A stretch of DNA of 64,000 nt from an uncultured Solirubrobacteraceae bacterium (GCA_964422115.1 CAYQZU010000010.1:16646-80645); one strand, 5' to 3'; positions 17,714-27,635 are shown, counted from the stretch's first letter. Made by a program: numbers and translations. The notes: generated by a model not told the origin, from the sequence alone.

Positions 17714-19132
17714 ATGGCGAGCGCGATCCCCACACCTCGAAGCGTCAAAGAGCGTGCCGCCGCGGGCAAGGCGGCACGCTCCGCCGTGCCACGCGAGAGC
17801 CACGCGACCTTTGCGCCGCCGGCGGACCGCTCGGACCCGGTCGCGCTCCTGCAAAGCCAGGACTCCCACCGTGTCGAGTCTCTCCTGCCGATCCGCTACG
17901 GCCGAATGGCCTCCTCGCCGTTCGATTTCCTGCGTGGCGCCGCAATCATCATGGCGAGCGATCTCGCGGGCACGCCCCGCAGCGGCATCACGACGCAGAT
18001 CTCAGGCGACGCCCACGTCGCCAACTTCGGCGTCTTCGCCTCACCGGAGCGTGATCTCGTCTTCGACCTCGACGATTTCGATGAGACGCTCGCGGGCCCG
18101 TGGGAGTGGGACGTCAAGCGCCTTGCCGTCTCGCTGGCGGTAGCCGCCCGCCAGAACGGCCTGCGGCAGGGCCGCCAGGACATGGTCGTCGCCCGGGCGG
18201 TGGCCGAGTACCGCACGACCATGAGGCGCTTTGCGGCGATGCGCAACCTTGACGTCTGGTACGCGCACCTCGATGTCGACGAGGCGCTGGCACTCCTGCG
18301 GCCGGAGGGCGACCGTAGGCTCGTCAGACGCACGGCGCGCTCGCTTGCGCTCGCCCAGACGAGCGCGCGCGAGTCGCTCGCCGCCGCTACGAAGCTGACG
18401 CGACGCGTGGACGGCGCGACGCGCATCGTCGCCGAACCGCCGCTGATCGTCCCGCTCGACGACCTGGCGCAGGGCGCCGAGCACCGGGAGATGGCGCTCG
18501 CCCTGCACGAACAGCTGAGCACCTATCGCGAGTCGCTCGCCGACGATCGCCGCCGCCTGCTGGAGCAGTTCGAGGTCGTCGACTTCGCCCGCAAGGTCGT
18601 GGGCGTGGGAAGCGTCGGCACGCGCGCATGGATCGCCCTTCTGCTCGGGCTCGACGGGGACGATCCGCTGTTCCTGCAGCTCAAGGAGGCCGACCCGTCG
18701 GTTCTCGAGCCGCACCTCGGCGAGAGCGGTTACCGAAACCACGCGGAGCGTGTGGTGACCGGCCAGCGGTTGATGCAGGCGACCCCCGACATCTTCCTCG
18801 GCTGGCTGCGCCTGAACCCGGGTCCCCGCGGCGGCCCGCCAATGGACTTCTACGTCCGCCAGCTCCGCGACTGGAAGGGAGCGGGCGACCTGACCACGAT
18901 GTCAGCCGGCGCGATGGCTCAGTACGGCCGCTTCTGCGCCTGGACCCTCGCGCGCGCGCACGCCCGCACCGGCGATCGCATCGCGGTCGCGTCCTACCTC
19001 GGCAAGGGCGACGCATTCGACCGCGCGATCGTCGTCTTCGCCGGCGCCTACGCCGAGCAGAACGAGCGCGACTGGCAGGCGCTGAAAGCGGCGGTCCGCT
19101 CCGGCGCGATCAAGGCGCAGACCGGCGTCTGA
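17714..19132 (+). CDS. DUF2252 domain-containing protein
   Basis: RYGRMASSPFDFLRGAAIIMASDLA...GDAHVANFGVFASPERDLVFDLDDFDET...WEWDVKRLAVS is the characteristic DUF2252 core. Confidence 0.8.
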   Translation: MASAIPTPRSVKERAAAGKAARSAVPRESHATFAPPADRSDPVALLQSQDSHRVESLLPIRYGRMASSPFDFLRGAAIIMASDLAGTPRSGITTQISGDAHVANFGVFASPERDLVFDLDDFDETLAGPWEWDVKRLAVSLAVAARQNGLRQGRQDMVVARAVAEYRTTMRRFAAMRNLDVWYAHLDVDEALALLRPEGDRRLVRRTARSLALAQTSARESLAAATKLTRRVDGATRIVAEPPLIVPLDDLAQGAEHREMALALHEQLSTYRESLADDRRRLLEQFEVVDFARKVVGVGSVGTRAWIALLLGLDGDDPLFLQLKEADPSVLEPHLGESGYRNHAERVVTGQRLMQATPDIFLGWLRLNPGPRGGPPMDFYVRQLRDWKGAGDLTTMSAGAMAQYGRFCAWTLARAHARTGDRIAVASYLGKGDAFDRAIVVFAGAYAEQNERDWQALKAAVRSGAIKAQTGV

Positions 19133-19263
19133 TTGACTCGGCGCGACATCCCTGCCCCGATCCTCGTGGATTCTTGGGGGCGTGGTCGGTAGACGCGGGC
19201 GCGCACTTCAGCCTGTCCTCCGAAGGGAGGGAAGTCGGCGCCCCGCGCTTCCGGGTCGTCGGC

Positions 19264-19980
19264 TCAGCCGCCGGTCAGCTGCGAGATGTCGACGCTGCTG
19301 GACGGCGCCGTGATCGACACCGGCTGGTTGAAGCCGCTGAAGGTGATGTGTCCGGTGCCGGGTTTTGGCGAGGTGAGCTGCACCGGGTAAGGCTTGCCTG
19401 TTGTTGCGACGTAGAGCGTGCCGCCCTTCGCCGTGTCGGTGAGTCCGATCACTTTCTGGCCGTCGATCGTCGTTGCCGCCGCTTTCTTGAGCGCGCCGTG
19501 CGAGCCGAGCAGCTTGCCGAAGAGGTCGTGCAGGTTGGTCAGCGCCGCGAGTGAGCCGAAGCTTGGACTGCTCGTCGTCGTCTTCAGCCATTTGCCGTTG
19601 AAGAGCGTCGCCGCAGCCTTGCCGCCGAACTTCTCCCAGAACTTGGCGCTGCCGTTGATGAACACGAGTTTTCCGACCGAGATTAGCTTGAAGCTGAGCC
19701 CGTTCTCGGACAAGGTGCCGGTCGCGCCCTTGCCGGACACGAGGTAGAGGTCGAGCGTGATCGGCGTGCCGTTGCTCGTCAGCGAGCCCGACATGTGAAG
19801 AGCGCTGAGGTTGGACGTGGCGGCGGTCGTCGCCGCGAGGATCGCCTCGGCTGACTTGCTCGCGACGCCGTTGTCAGAGCCGCCCGAGCTGCCGCCGCTC
19901 CCGCCACAGGCCGAGAGCAGCGCGGCGACGAGCGCGATCGAAACCGCTACGTAGGCCCCCCGGAAGCGCATGCGGCGCAA
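19264..19980 (-). CDS. lipoprotein (LolA/LppX-like fold suspected)
   Basis: Lipobox ALLSAC followed by a Gly/Ser linker. Start could also be ATG 19971. Confidence 0.7.
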   Translation of the reverse strand: MRRMRFRGAYVAVSIALVAALLSACGGSGGSSGGSDNGVASKSAEAILAATTAATSNLSALHMSGSLTSNGTPITLDLYLVSGKGATGTLSENGLSFKLISVGKLVFINGSAKFWEKFGGKAAATLFNGKWLKTTTSSPSFGSLAALTNLHDLFGKLLGSHGALKKAAATTIDGQKVIGLTDTAKGGTLYVATTGKPYPVQLTSPKPGTGHITFSGFNQPVSITAPSSSVDISQLTGG

Positions 19981-20060
19981 ACCCTAGCGGAAGCGAAGGC
20001 GGAGCGGAGCAACGAGGTCGCTTCCGCTGGAACGCGGACGCGACCGGGCATACTCGAACA

Positions 20061-20876
20061 GTGACCCTCGTGCTGATCACCGGCGCCACGCGCGGAATCG
20101 GCGAGGCCGCCGCGCTCGAGTTCGCGCGGGGGGGAGCCGAGCTGGCGATCGTCGGCCGCGACCGCGAGCGCGTCGCTGCGGTCGCCGTGGCGTGCAGGAA
20201 CGTGGGCGCCGCGCCTGTTTACGAGCACGTCGCGGACCTCAGCCTGATGTCCGAGGTTCGCGCGCTCGCCAAGCATGCGCGCGAGAGCTACGGCCACATC
20301 GACGTCCTCGCCAACAACGCCGGCGCCATCTTCCGCAGGCGCGAGGTGACCGCGGAGGGGTTCGAGCGAACGTTTGCGCTCAACCACCTCGCGCCGTTCC
20401 TGCTCACCAACCTGCTGCGCGACCGCCTCGCGGGCGCGCAGGTCATCACGACCTCCTCCGATGCGCACAGGATGGGGCTGCTCGATCTCGATGACCTCCA
20501 ATCGGAGAAGGCCTATACGCGGCGCGTGTACGGCACGACGAAGCTGTGCAACATCCTCTTTACGAGGGAGCTCGCCCGGCGCGCCGGGGAGCTGCGCGCC
20601 AACTCCTTTCACCCCGGTGTCGTCCGCACGGGTTTCGCCCGCAACGAGGGAGGCCTCGTCAAGCTCGCGGTGATGCTCGCCTCCCCGTTCCTGCGCTCGC
20701 CCGCCCACGGCGCTCGCTCCCTGCTCTGGCTGGCGACCGCGCCGCCGGCCGCCTCGCTCAACGGCTCCTACGTGGTCGACGAGAAGGTCGTGCAGCCGAG
20801 CTTGCAGGCCCAGGACGAAACGCTCGCGCTGGAGCTCTGGGAGCGCAGCGCCGAACTCGTCGGCCTCCCGACCTAG
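20061..20876 (+). CDS. short-chain dehydrogenase/reductase (SDR)
   Basis: ITGATRGIG cofactor motif, NNAG, and a YGTTK (YxxxK) catalytic motif. GTG start. Confidence 0.85.
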   Translation: MTLVLITGATRGIGEAAALEFARGGAELAIVGRDRERVAAVAVACRNVGAAPVYEHVADLSLMSEVRALAKHARESYGHIDVLANNAGAIFRRREVTAEGFERTFALNHLAPFLLTNLLRDRLAGAQVITTSSDAHRMGLLDLDDLQSEKAYTRRVYGTTKLCNILFTRELARRAGELRANSFHPGVVRTGFARNEGGLVKLAVMLASPFLRSPAHGARSLLWLATAPPAASLNGSYVVDEKVVQPSLQAQDETLALELWERSAELVGLPT

Positions 20877-22513
20877 CGGCTCGCGAGCCGCTGGTGGACC
20901 AGGCGAACCGCCATCGAGCCCTCACCGACAGCGGAGGCGACGCGTTTGATCGAGCCGGCGTGGACGTCGCCAACCGCAAAGATCCCCGGCCGGCTCGTCT
21001 CGAGGAAGAAGGGCTGCTCCTCGCCGTGGCGTGCGAGGTCCTCGCCCTCGATATCGCGGCCGGTAAGGAGAAAGCAATGCTCGTCCATCGCGACGTGCCC
21101 GCGCAGCCAGTCGGTGTGTGGTGAGGCGCCGATGAATACGAACAGGGCCTTTGCGGCGAGCTCGCTGCGCTCACCGCTGCGTGGGTCGGCGACGACGACC
21201 GCCTCCAGCGCCTCCTCGCCGCGCAGCTGCACGATCTCGCGGTGCGTCAGCACCTCTATCTGCTCGCGTTGCTCGATCTCGTCCACCAGGTAGCGCGACA
21301 TCGACTTGCCCAGGTCGCCGCCGCGGATCACGAGCCGGCAGCTGGCGGCGTGCCGGCTGAGGAACATCGCGGCCTGCCCCGCCGAATTGCCGCCCCCGAC
21401 GACGATCACGTGGTCGCCGGCGCACTGCGAGCCCTCCGCCTGTGTCGCGGCGTAGTAGACGCCCGCGCCCTCGTAGCGCTCGTTGTCGGGCAGGTCGAGC
21501 TTGTTGTACTGCGCGCCGGTTGCGACGATCACGGTCCGCCCGTTGATCGCGCCGCCGTCGGCCAGCTCGATGCGGTAGTGGCCGTCGGCCTCGATCAGCC
21601 CGACGGCTTCCGAGGGCACGACGAGTCGCGCACCGAGCCGCCGCGCCTGAAGCTGTGCGCGCTCCGCCAGCTCGCTGCCGGAGATGCCGGTCGGGAACCC
21701 GAGGTAGTTCTCGATCCGCGCCGAGGTGCTCGCCTGACCGCCGAAGGCCACGGCATCGATCGCCTGCGTGTCGAGACCCTCGGACGCTCCGTAGAGCGCC
21801 GCGGCGAGCCCTGCCGGCCCGCCGCCGACGATCACGAGATCGCACATCGCGGGCGGCGCGCCTCGCGAGCCGAGGCCGAGCATCGCCGCCAACTCCGCGT
21901 TCGAGGGGTTTCGCAGCACGCCTCCACCCCCGACCACGATCGGCGTCTGCGAGGCCTCGATCCCGAGCGCCTCGAGCAGCTTGTCGGCCTCCTCGTCCTC
22001 CTCGAGGTCCATCCAGTGATATGGCATCCGGTTGCGCGCGAGGAACTCGCGCAACCGCCGCGTGTCGCGCGAGTATCGCGAGCCGACGAGCTTCACGCCC
22101 GCGCCGAGGTCGATCATGATCGACCGGCGCCCGAGGAAGGCCTGCAGGATCAGGTTGCTCAGCTCCGGATCCTCGCCGACCAGCTTCCGCAGCTTGGCCA
22201 CCGGCACCTCGATGACCTCGCCGGCGTCTCGGACGACCGCGGTGAGCAGCGGCGGCGCTCCGGTCAGGAGGTTCAGCTCGCCCAGGAAGCGGTGCTTTCC
22301 GTGGATCGCGATGACACGGTTCTCGTGCCCGTACCCCTGGACGACCGCGACGGCGCCCGACTGCACGACGAAGAAGTCATAGCCGCGGTCGCCCTCTCGA
22401 AAGAGCACCTCGCCCGAAACCACCGGCCGGATCGTCCCCGCGTCGCGCAGGCGAGCGAGATGCCTCGCTCCGAGCCGCGGAAACGCGCCCTCGCGATCGG
22501 CCGGCTCCTCCAT
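20873..22513 (-). CDS. cyclic-nucleotide-binding domain fused to thioredoxin-reductase-like FAD/NAD(P) oxidoreductase
   Basis: N-terminal cNMP-binding fold (VLFREGDRGYDFFVVQSGAVAVV...FLGELNLLTG). C-terminal TrxR-like domain (DLVIVGGGPAGLAAALY, VIVVGGGNSAGQAA, GIFAVGDV). ATG 22513 chosen as start. The listed 714-aa ORF has an implausible Arg/Ala-rich N-terminal extension. Confidence 0.85.
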   Translation of the reverse strand: MEEPADREGAFPRLGARHLARLRDAGTIRPVVSGEVLFREGDRGYDFFVVQSGAVAVVQGYGHENRVIAIHGKHRFLGELNLLTGAPPLLTAVVRDAGEVIEVPVAKLRKLVGEDPELSNLILQAFLGRRSIMIDLGAGVKLVGSRYSRDTRRLREFLARNRMPYHWMDLEEDEEADKLLEALGIEASQTPIVVGGGGVLRNPSNAELAAMLGLGSRGAPPAMCDLVIVGGGPAGLAAALYGASEGLDTQAIDAVAFGGQASTSARIENYLGFPTGISGSELAERAQLQARRLGARLVVPSEAVGLIEADGHYRIELADGGAINGRTVIVATGAQYNKLDLPDNERYEGAGVYYAATQAEGSQCAGDHVIVVGGGNSAGQAAMFLSRHAASCRLVIRGGDLGKSMSRYLVDEIEQREQIEVLTHREIVQLRGEEALEAVVVADPRSGERSELAAKALFVFIGASPHTDWLRGHVAMDEHCFLLTGRDIEGEDLARHGEEQPFFLETSRPGIFAVGDVHAGSIKRVASAVGEGSMAVRLVHQRLASR

Positions 22514-22601
22514 CCCGGCGCCGAGCGGCTCGCTCACGGCCGCGCTCCGTCTAGGTGTTTCGCACGGATGCCCATGGCCCAGACAGCCTAACCTTCGGCG
22601 C

Positions 22602-24950
22602 ATGGCGGAACGTGAACCGAGCGCACGACCGCCTCGTGGCCGGCTCGACTGGCTGCGCTCGCGCGACAGCGGCCTTCTCGCTCTGCGCCGCGCCGGCCGC
22701 ACGGCGATCGTCATGCCGGCGATGTTCGCGCTCGGCGACGAGGTGATCGGTAACCCGGTGATCGCGACGTTCGCCGCGTTCGGCTCGTTCGCGATGCTGC
22801 TGCTCGTCGATTTCGGCGGCCGGATGCGCGACCGCCTGCGGGCGCAGGCGCTCCTGGCCGTGGCCGGGGCCGTTTTCGTCACGATCGCGACCTTCGCCTC
22901 GCACTCCGTCGTGGTCGCGGCGATCGCAATGGCGCTCGTGGGCTTCGCCGTCCTGTTCGCCGGTGTCGTCAGCTCGGTTCTTGCGGGCGCCACGACCTCG
23001 CTGCTGCTCGCGTTCATCCTCTCCGTCTCGCTCGCCGGGCCGAACTCTCAGGTTCCCGACCGCCTCGCCGGGTGGGGGCTGGCGGCCGGCGCCGCATGGC
23101 TGGCCGTCGCGTTGCTGTGGCCCGCGCCGGCCCGCGACCCCCTCCGCGACCGGGCGATCGTGGCCGCCGGCGCCATCGCCGCACGCCTGCGCTCCGACGC
23201 GGCGGTGTCGCTCGGCGGAGCGGGGGCTCCGACGGCGGCAGAGCACGCGGCCGCGATTGCGACGGCTAGCGAGGCGACGGCGCAGCTGCGCCGAGCCTTC
23301 TTCGCGACGCCCTACCGACCGACCGGCCTGGAGACCGCGGCGCGCATGGTCGTGCGTCTGGTCGATGAGCTCACGTGGCTGGACGCGATAGTCGCCGAGT
23401 CGGCTCGTGACAGGGGCGGGGCGCGGTCGCATCCGGCTCCGGTGTGCGAGGCCAAGGCTGCGGCGGCCTCGGTGCTTGAAGCCGCCGCCGTCCTCCTGCG
23501 GTCGCCGCGAGGGTCCTCCGACGGCCTTGACGGAGCACTCGCCCGCCTGCGCGAAGCGACCGCCGCGCTCGAGCTCGGCGCGGGCCTTGCCCTCCCCAAG
23601 GGACGCGCCGGCAAGCGTCAGCCGCTCGACGCATTCGTGACCTCGCTTGACCCGAGCTTCCGGGCGCTCGAGCTCAGCTTCGTCGTCGCCCAGCTCGCGG
23701 CCAACGTCGAGGTCGCGGCAGCAGCCGACCGGCGCAGCTTCCTCGCGCGTCTGATCGGGCGGACGCCCGCCGGTTCGACCCCGACGCTCTCAGCCGCTCG
23801 CGAACGCGCCGGCGCCCACGCGGAGCGTCACTCGGTGTGGCTTCACAACAGCCTCCGCGGCGCGGCCGGCCTCGGCCTCGCGGTCCTGGTCGCGCAGCTG
23901 GCCGGCGTCCAGCACTCCTTCTGGGTCGTGCTCGGAGCGCTCACCGTGCTGCGCTCGAACGCCCTCAGCACCGGCCAGAACGTCCTGCGCGGTCTGCTCG
24001 GTACGACGGCCGGATTTGTCGTCGGCGGCATCCTCGTGTACCTGATCGGAACGGACACGACCGTGCTATGGCTGCTGCTGCCGGTCGCGGTCCTGCTCGC
24101 CGGCCTCGCGCCCGCCGCGGTCTCCTTCGCGGCCGGCCAGGCCGCCTTCACCCTCACCCTGCTGATCCTCTTCAACATCATCGCTCCTGCCGGCTGGCAG
24201 ATCGGTCTCGTCCGCGTCGAGGACGTCGCGCTCGGCGGCGCGGTCAGCCTCGTCGTCGGGCTGCTGCTCTGGCCGCGGGGCGCGGGGGCCGCGCTCGGCA
24301 CCGCCCTGGGCGAGGCCTACAGCGACAGCGCCGCCTACCTCGCGCGTGCCGTCGAGTACGGCATGGGGCGCTGTGACAGAGGCTCGCCCTCGATCCCGCC
24401 GCCGAGCGCCGAGGCGACTCGCGCTGCCGCCGCGACGCGGCGCCTGGACGACACGTTCCGCGGCTACCTCGCCGAGCGCGGCACCAAGCTCATCCCGCTC
24501 GCCGATGTCACCGCTCTCGTCACCGGCGTCACCGGGCTGCGCCTCGCCGCCGATGCGGTCCTCGACCTCTGGCAGCGGGACGCGAGCTCAGACGGCGATC
24601 GTTCCGCCGCGCGCGAGGAGCTCCGTGCGTCCACTTCTCAGATGCTCGCCTGGTACACGGCTTTCGCCGACAGCCTCGCTGCCGCGTCTACCGTCCCGGG
24701 CCCACTCGACCGCGACGGCGACGCCGAGCACCGCCTGATCGACGCGGTCGTGCATGACCTTCGGCGCGAGGATGGCCGCCCGAGCGCCACCGCCGCACGC
24801 ATGGTCTGGACCGGCGACCATCTGGACGCGGTCCGCCGCCTGCAGGCGATGCTCGTCACCCCGGCGCGCGCGGTCTCCGAGCAGCGCCGGCCGGCGGCCG
24901 AGCTGCGCGCAGCGCTACCGTGGATCCGCGTCGCCGCGCGAACCTCTTGA
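22602..24950 (+). CDS. FUSC-family (fusaric acid resistance/aromatic acid exporter-like) membrane protein
   Basis: Two multi-TM blocks separated by a long soluble Ala/Arg-rich linker. The N-terminal LALRRAGRTAIVMPAMFALG...ATFAAFGSFAMLLLVDFGG is typical of FUSC. Confidence 0.75.
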   Translation: MAEREPSARPPRGRLDWLRSRDSGLLALRRAGRTAIVMPAMFALGDEVIGNPVIATFAAFGSFAMLLLVDFGGRMRDRLRAQALLAVAGAVFVTIATFASHSVVVAAIAMALVGFAVLFAGVVSSVLAGATTSLLLAFILSVSLAGPNSQVPDRLAGWGLAAGAAWLAVALLWPAPARDPLRDRAIVAAGAIAARLRSDAAVSLGGAGAPTAAEHAAAIATASEATAQLRRAFFATPYRPTGLETAARMVVRLVDELTWLDAIVAESARDRGGARSHPAPVCEAKAAAASVLEAAAVLLRSPRGSSDGLDGALARLREATAALELGAGLALPKGRAGKRQPLDAFVTSLDPSFRALELSFVVAQLAANVEVAAAADRRSFLARLIGRTPAGSTPTLSAARERAGAHAERHSVWLHNSLRGAAGLGLAVLVAQLAGVQHSFWVVLGALTVLRSNALSTGQNVLRGLLGTTAGFVVGGILVYLIGTDTTVLWLLLPVAVLLAGLAPAAVSFAAGQAAFTLTLLILFNIIAPAGWQIGLVRVEDVALGGAVSLVVGLLLWPRGAGAALGTALGEAYSDSAAYLARAVEYGMGRCDRGSPSIPPPSAEATRAAAATRRLDDTFRGYLAERGTKLIPLADVTALVTGVTGLRLAADAVLDLWQRDASSDGDRSAAREELRASTSQMLAWYTAFADSLAAASTVPGPLDRDGDAEHRLIDAVVHDLRREDGRPSATAARMVWTGDHLDAVRRLQAMLVTPARAVSEQRRPAAELRAALPWIRVAARTS

Positions 24951-25252
24951 GCCTGGCTGCACGGGCCGCTGTCCGCGGGCATGTCCAGGGGGTCGGCTTC
25001 CGCGACGCCATCGTTGGACGAGCCGTGGAGCTTGGGCTGACGGGCTGGGTCCGAAACGGCGAGGACGGCGCGGTCCTCGTCCACGCCGAGGGCGAGCAGG
25101 CGGCCGTCGAAGGGCTCGTCGCGTTCCTGCACGCAGGCCCACCGCAGGCGCGGGTCGGGGGCGTGGAGATCGCCGCGATCGCCAGCGAAATCGTCGCGCA
25201 GCGGCCGGAGTCGGTGCTGAGCGGGTGGCGGCTCGACTCCCCGGTGGGGTGA
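24920..25252 (+). CDS. acyP: acylphosphatase
   Basis: V.G.VQGVGFR signature (VRGHVQGVGFRDAIVGRAVELGLTGWVRNGEDGAV). Start is either GTG 24920 or TTG 24947; the latter overlaps the FUSC stop (TTGA). Confidence 0.8.
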   Translation: MDPRRRANLLSLAARAAVRGHVQGVGFRDAIVGRAVELGLTGWVRNGEDGAVLVHAEGEQAAVEGLVAFLHAGPPQARVGGVEIAAIASEIVAQRPESVLSGWRLDSPVG

Positions 25253-25327
25253 TCTGACACACGCGCGGCGCGGTCTGCCGCGACGGTTGAAGGCTTGCTC
25301 GACTCAGGGGCTTTCGGCGAGCGGCCG

Positions 25328-25447
25328 ATGCATCCGGTCATGGCGCAGATCGCGCTCTCCGGGGTCATCGGCGCGCTTTCGCACGCACTCGACATCGCCG
25401 AGGGGCAGTCACGCGGGCACGCGGTTCGCACCTGCTTGAATCCGTGA
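25328..25447 (+). pseudogene. detached N-terminal fragment of the downstream HD-GYP-type gene
   Basis: An unlisted 39-codon ORF, MHPVMAQIALSGVIGALSHALDIAEGQSRGHAVRTCLNP*, carries the ALSxALDxxEGQxxGHxxR opening of an HD-type domain. It stops at 25445-25447 and lies in a different frame from 25473..26450. Confidence 0.45.
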
Positions 25448-25472
25448 CGAGGGCGATGTCACGCGCAGCTTC

Positions 25473-26450
25473 ATGGAGGCGAGGTGCGACCGCGGCGCCG
25501 AGATCGCGCGAATGCTGTTCCTCTCCGAGCGAACCGCCGGAGCGATCCGCAGCCTCGACGAGCATTGGGACGGCCGCGGAATGCCCGACGGGCTTCGCGG
25601 CGAGGAGATTCCGCTCGCTGCGCGCATCGCGTGTCTCGCGCAGACCGTGGAGGTGTTCCACCACGAGCGCGGCCTGCGCGCGGCGCGGGCGGTCGCGCGG
25701 CGGCGGCGCCGGCGCTGGTTTGATCCGTCGCTCGTCGACGCGTTCCTGGGGATCTGTGGCGATCGGGGGTTCTGGGCCGCGCTCGAGGTGCCGGACGTCT
25801 CGGAGTGGGAGCCGGCGCGTCTGGCGGTGGCGGCCGACGACGCCCGGCTCGACCGCATCGCGCAGGCGTTTGCGCGAGTGATCGACGCGAAGTCGCCGTT
25901 CACCGCAAGTCATTCCGAGCGCGTTGCTGAGATCGCGGACGGCATCGTCGATGTCCTCGGATTTGACCTGGACGCGCGTCGAACGATGCGCCACGCCGCC
26001 CTCCTGCACGACATCGGCAAGCTCGCGATTTCGAACCGCATCCTCGACAAGCCGGGCAGCCTGACCGATGAGGAGTTCGACGCGATCAAGGCCCACCCCG
26101 TGCACACGCTCAGCATCCTCGGGCGAGCTCCGTGCTTTTCTGGGCTGGCGGACCTGGCTGCCAACCACCACGAGAAGCTCGACGGAAGCGGCTATCCGCG
26201 AGGGCTGGACGCGGCGGCACTCGATCTGCCGATGAGGGTCCTCACGATGGCCGACGTCTACGAGGCACTGACGGCGCAGCGGCCCTACCGTCCCGCACTC
26301 ACGGCCCAGGAGGCGCTCACGATCATCGACCGTGACGTGCCTGGGCGTCTGGACCCGACGGTGCGCTCTGCCCTCGGACTCCACCTCGAGCGCTCGACGT
26401 TCGGGCAGAAAGCCGCCGTCATGCGCAGCGAGCAGCGGGGAGCCGCGTAG
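25473..26450 (+). CDS. HD-GYP domain phosphohydrolase (c-di-GMP phosphodiesterase-type), possibly 5'-truncated
   Basis: HSERVAEIA...HAALLHDIGKLAI...HHEKLDGSGYPRGL are intact HD and GYP motifs. The N-terminal part (EHWDGRGMPDGL) is a degenerate first HD-GYP-like half. Confidence 0.8.
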   Translation: MEARCDRGAEIARMLFLSERTAGAIRSLDEHWDGRGMPDGLRGEEIPLAARIACLAQTVEVFHHERGLRAARAVARRRRRRWFDPSLVDAFLGICGDRGFWAALEVPDVSEWEPARLAVAADDARLDRIAQAFARVIDAKSPFTASHSERVAEIADGIVDVLGFDLDARRTMRHAALLHDIGKLAISNRILDKPGSLTDEEFDAIKAHPVHTLSILGRAPCFSGLADLAANHHEKLDGSGYPRGLDAAALDLPMRVLTMADVYEALTAQRPYRPALTAQEALTIIDRDVPGRLDPTVRSALGLHLERSTFGQKAAVMRSEQRGAA

Positions 26451-26468
26451 CGGCGCGCGCCGCTCTCG

Positions 26469-27635
26469 TTAGCCGGATTCGCCGATCAGGAGCTCGGACG
26501 GTTCGGGTGCCAGCACGTGATGGTCCGTCAGGCTTGGCGAGAACCATCTCTGCGCGATCGCCGTGGGCACGATCGCCGATAGGACGACGACCGTGACCAG
26601 GAGCGAGAACTGGGTACGGTCGATGATGTGCGCGGTCAGGCCGTAGAGCGCGCTGATCGTTCCGAACGTCAGGCCTGTGCTCATCAGAAGCGTCGTAAAG
26701 GTCGCGTTCGGCTTCGCCCAGCGACGCGCGAACGGGTAGATCATGGCGAGCTTCGGGACCATCTTCGCGGCCGCGAGCGCGCCGAGGATGCCGAGGTTGG
26801 CGAAGACCGCGGCGAGCGAGACGTTGAGGCCGCCGCGCAGGAAAAAGAACGGTGTCAGGAATGCAAACGCCACCACCCGCATTCGCCGCTGCTCCTCCTG
26901 GTGGCGCTGGTAGTGGCGCGACATCACGAGACCGAGTACGAACGCGGGCAGCACCGCCTGGCTGTTGGCCTGGTCGGCAAGGACCATCAGGCCCAGGAGG
27001 ATCGCGAAGACGATCTTGATCTCCGGCTCGATGACGCGGTTGCCATAGCGCTTGAAGAACCAAGGCGAGAGCTTTGGCAGCGCGACGATCACCGCGATCG
27101 ACACGGCGAGGAACGCGGGGAACCAGGCCGTCGGTTTGATGAAGATCACCGAGAGCGCGATCACCGTGCACATGTCGGTGACGAAACAGGCGCTCATGAT
27201 CAGCTTCCCGATACGGACCGTGTTGAGGCCGGTCTCGACGAGGACCGCGTAGACGACAGCGAGGCTCGTGGTCGAAAGCGCGGTGCCGGCGATCAGCGAT
27301 GCTTTCGTGCTCCAGCCGAGCGGGCCGAGGGCGACGAGTGTGGCAACGACGAACGGTCCGGCGAATGACACGACGCCGATCGTCATCGCGGCGCCGAACC
27401 GCTCGCGGAAGTAGTCGGGGTCGACCTCGGCTCCAGCCAGGAACGTCAGCACGACCGAGGCGAAGCTGGCTATGAAGACGAGCCAGCTCGCGTCCGGGTT
27501 CAGGTGAAACGTGTTGCCCAGCGCGACGCCGAGGGCGAGCTCGATCAGAGCGACTGAGATCCCGAGCTCGACCGAGACCATGCTGGCCAGGAGGATCCCG
27601 CCGGCCAGAATTGCTGCGAGGTATACAGGCTCCAT
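26469..27635 (-). CDS. cation:proton antiporter (CPA2/Kef-type Na+/H+ exchanger membrane domain)
   Basis: About 12 TM helices. The FLAGAEVD motif region is typical of Na_H_Exchanger family proteins. Confidence 0.85.
   Translation of the reverse strand: MEPVYLAAILAGGILLASMVSVELGISVALIELALGVALGNTFHLNPDASWLVFIASFASVVLTFLAGAEVDPDYFRERFGAAMTIGVVSFAGPFVVATLVALGPLGWSTKASLIAGTALSTTSLAVVYAVLVETGLNTVRIGKLIMSACFVTDMCTVIALSVIFIKPTAWFPAFLAVSIAVIVALPKLSPWFFKRYGNRVIEPEIKIVFAILLGLMVLADQANSQAVLPAFVLGLVMSRHYQRHQEEQRRMRVVAFAFLTPFFFLRGGLNVSLAAVFANLGILGALAAAKMVPKLAMIYPFARRWAKPNATFTTLLMSTGLTFGTISALYGLTAHIIDRTQFSLLVTVVVLSAIVPTAIAQRWFSPSLTDHHVLAPEPSELLIGESG

Noticed and set aside
22514-23017. The N-terminal extension of the 714-aa ORF 20873..23017.
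   Set aside because: The extension is Ala/Thr/Arg/Ser-rich, overlaps the divergent FUSC gene start, and precedes the natural cNMP-domain start at ATG 22513.
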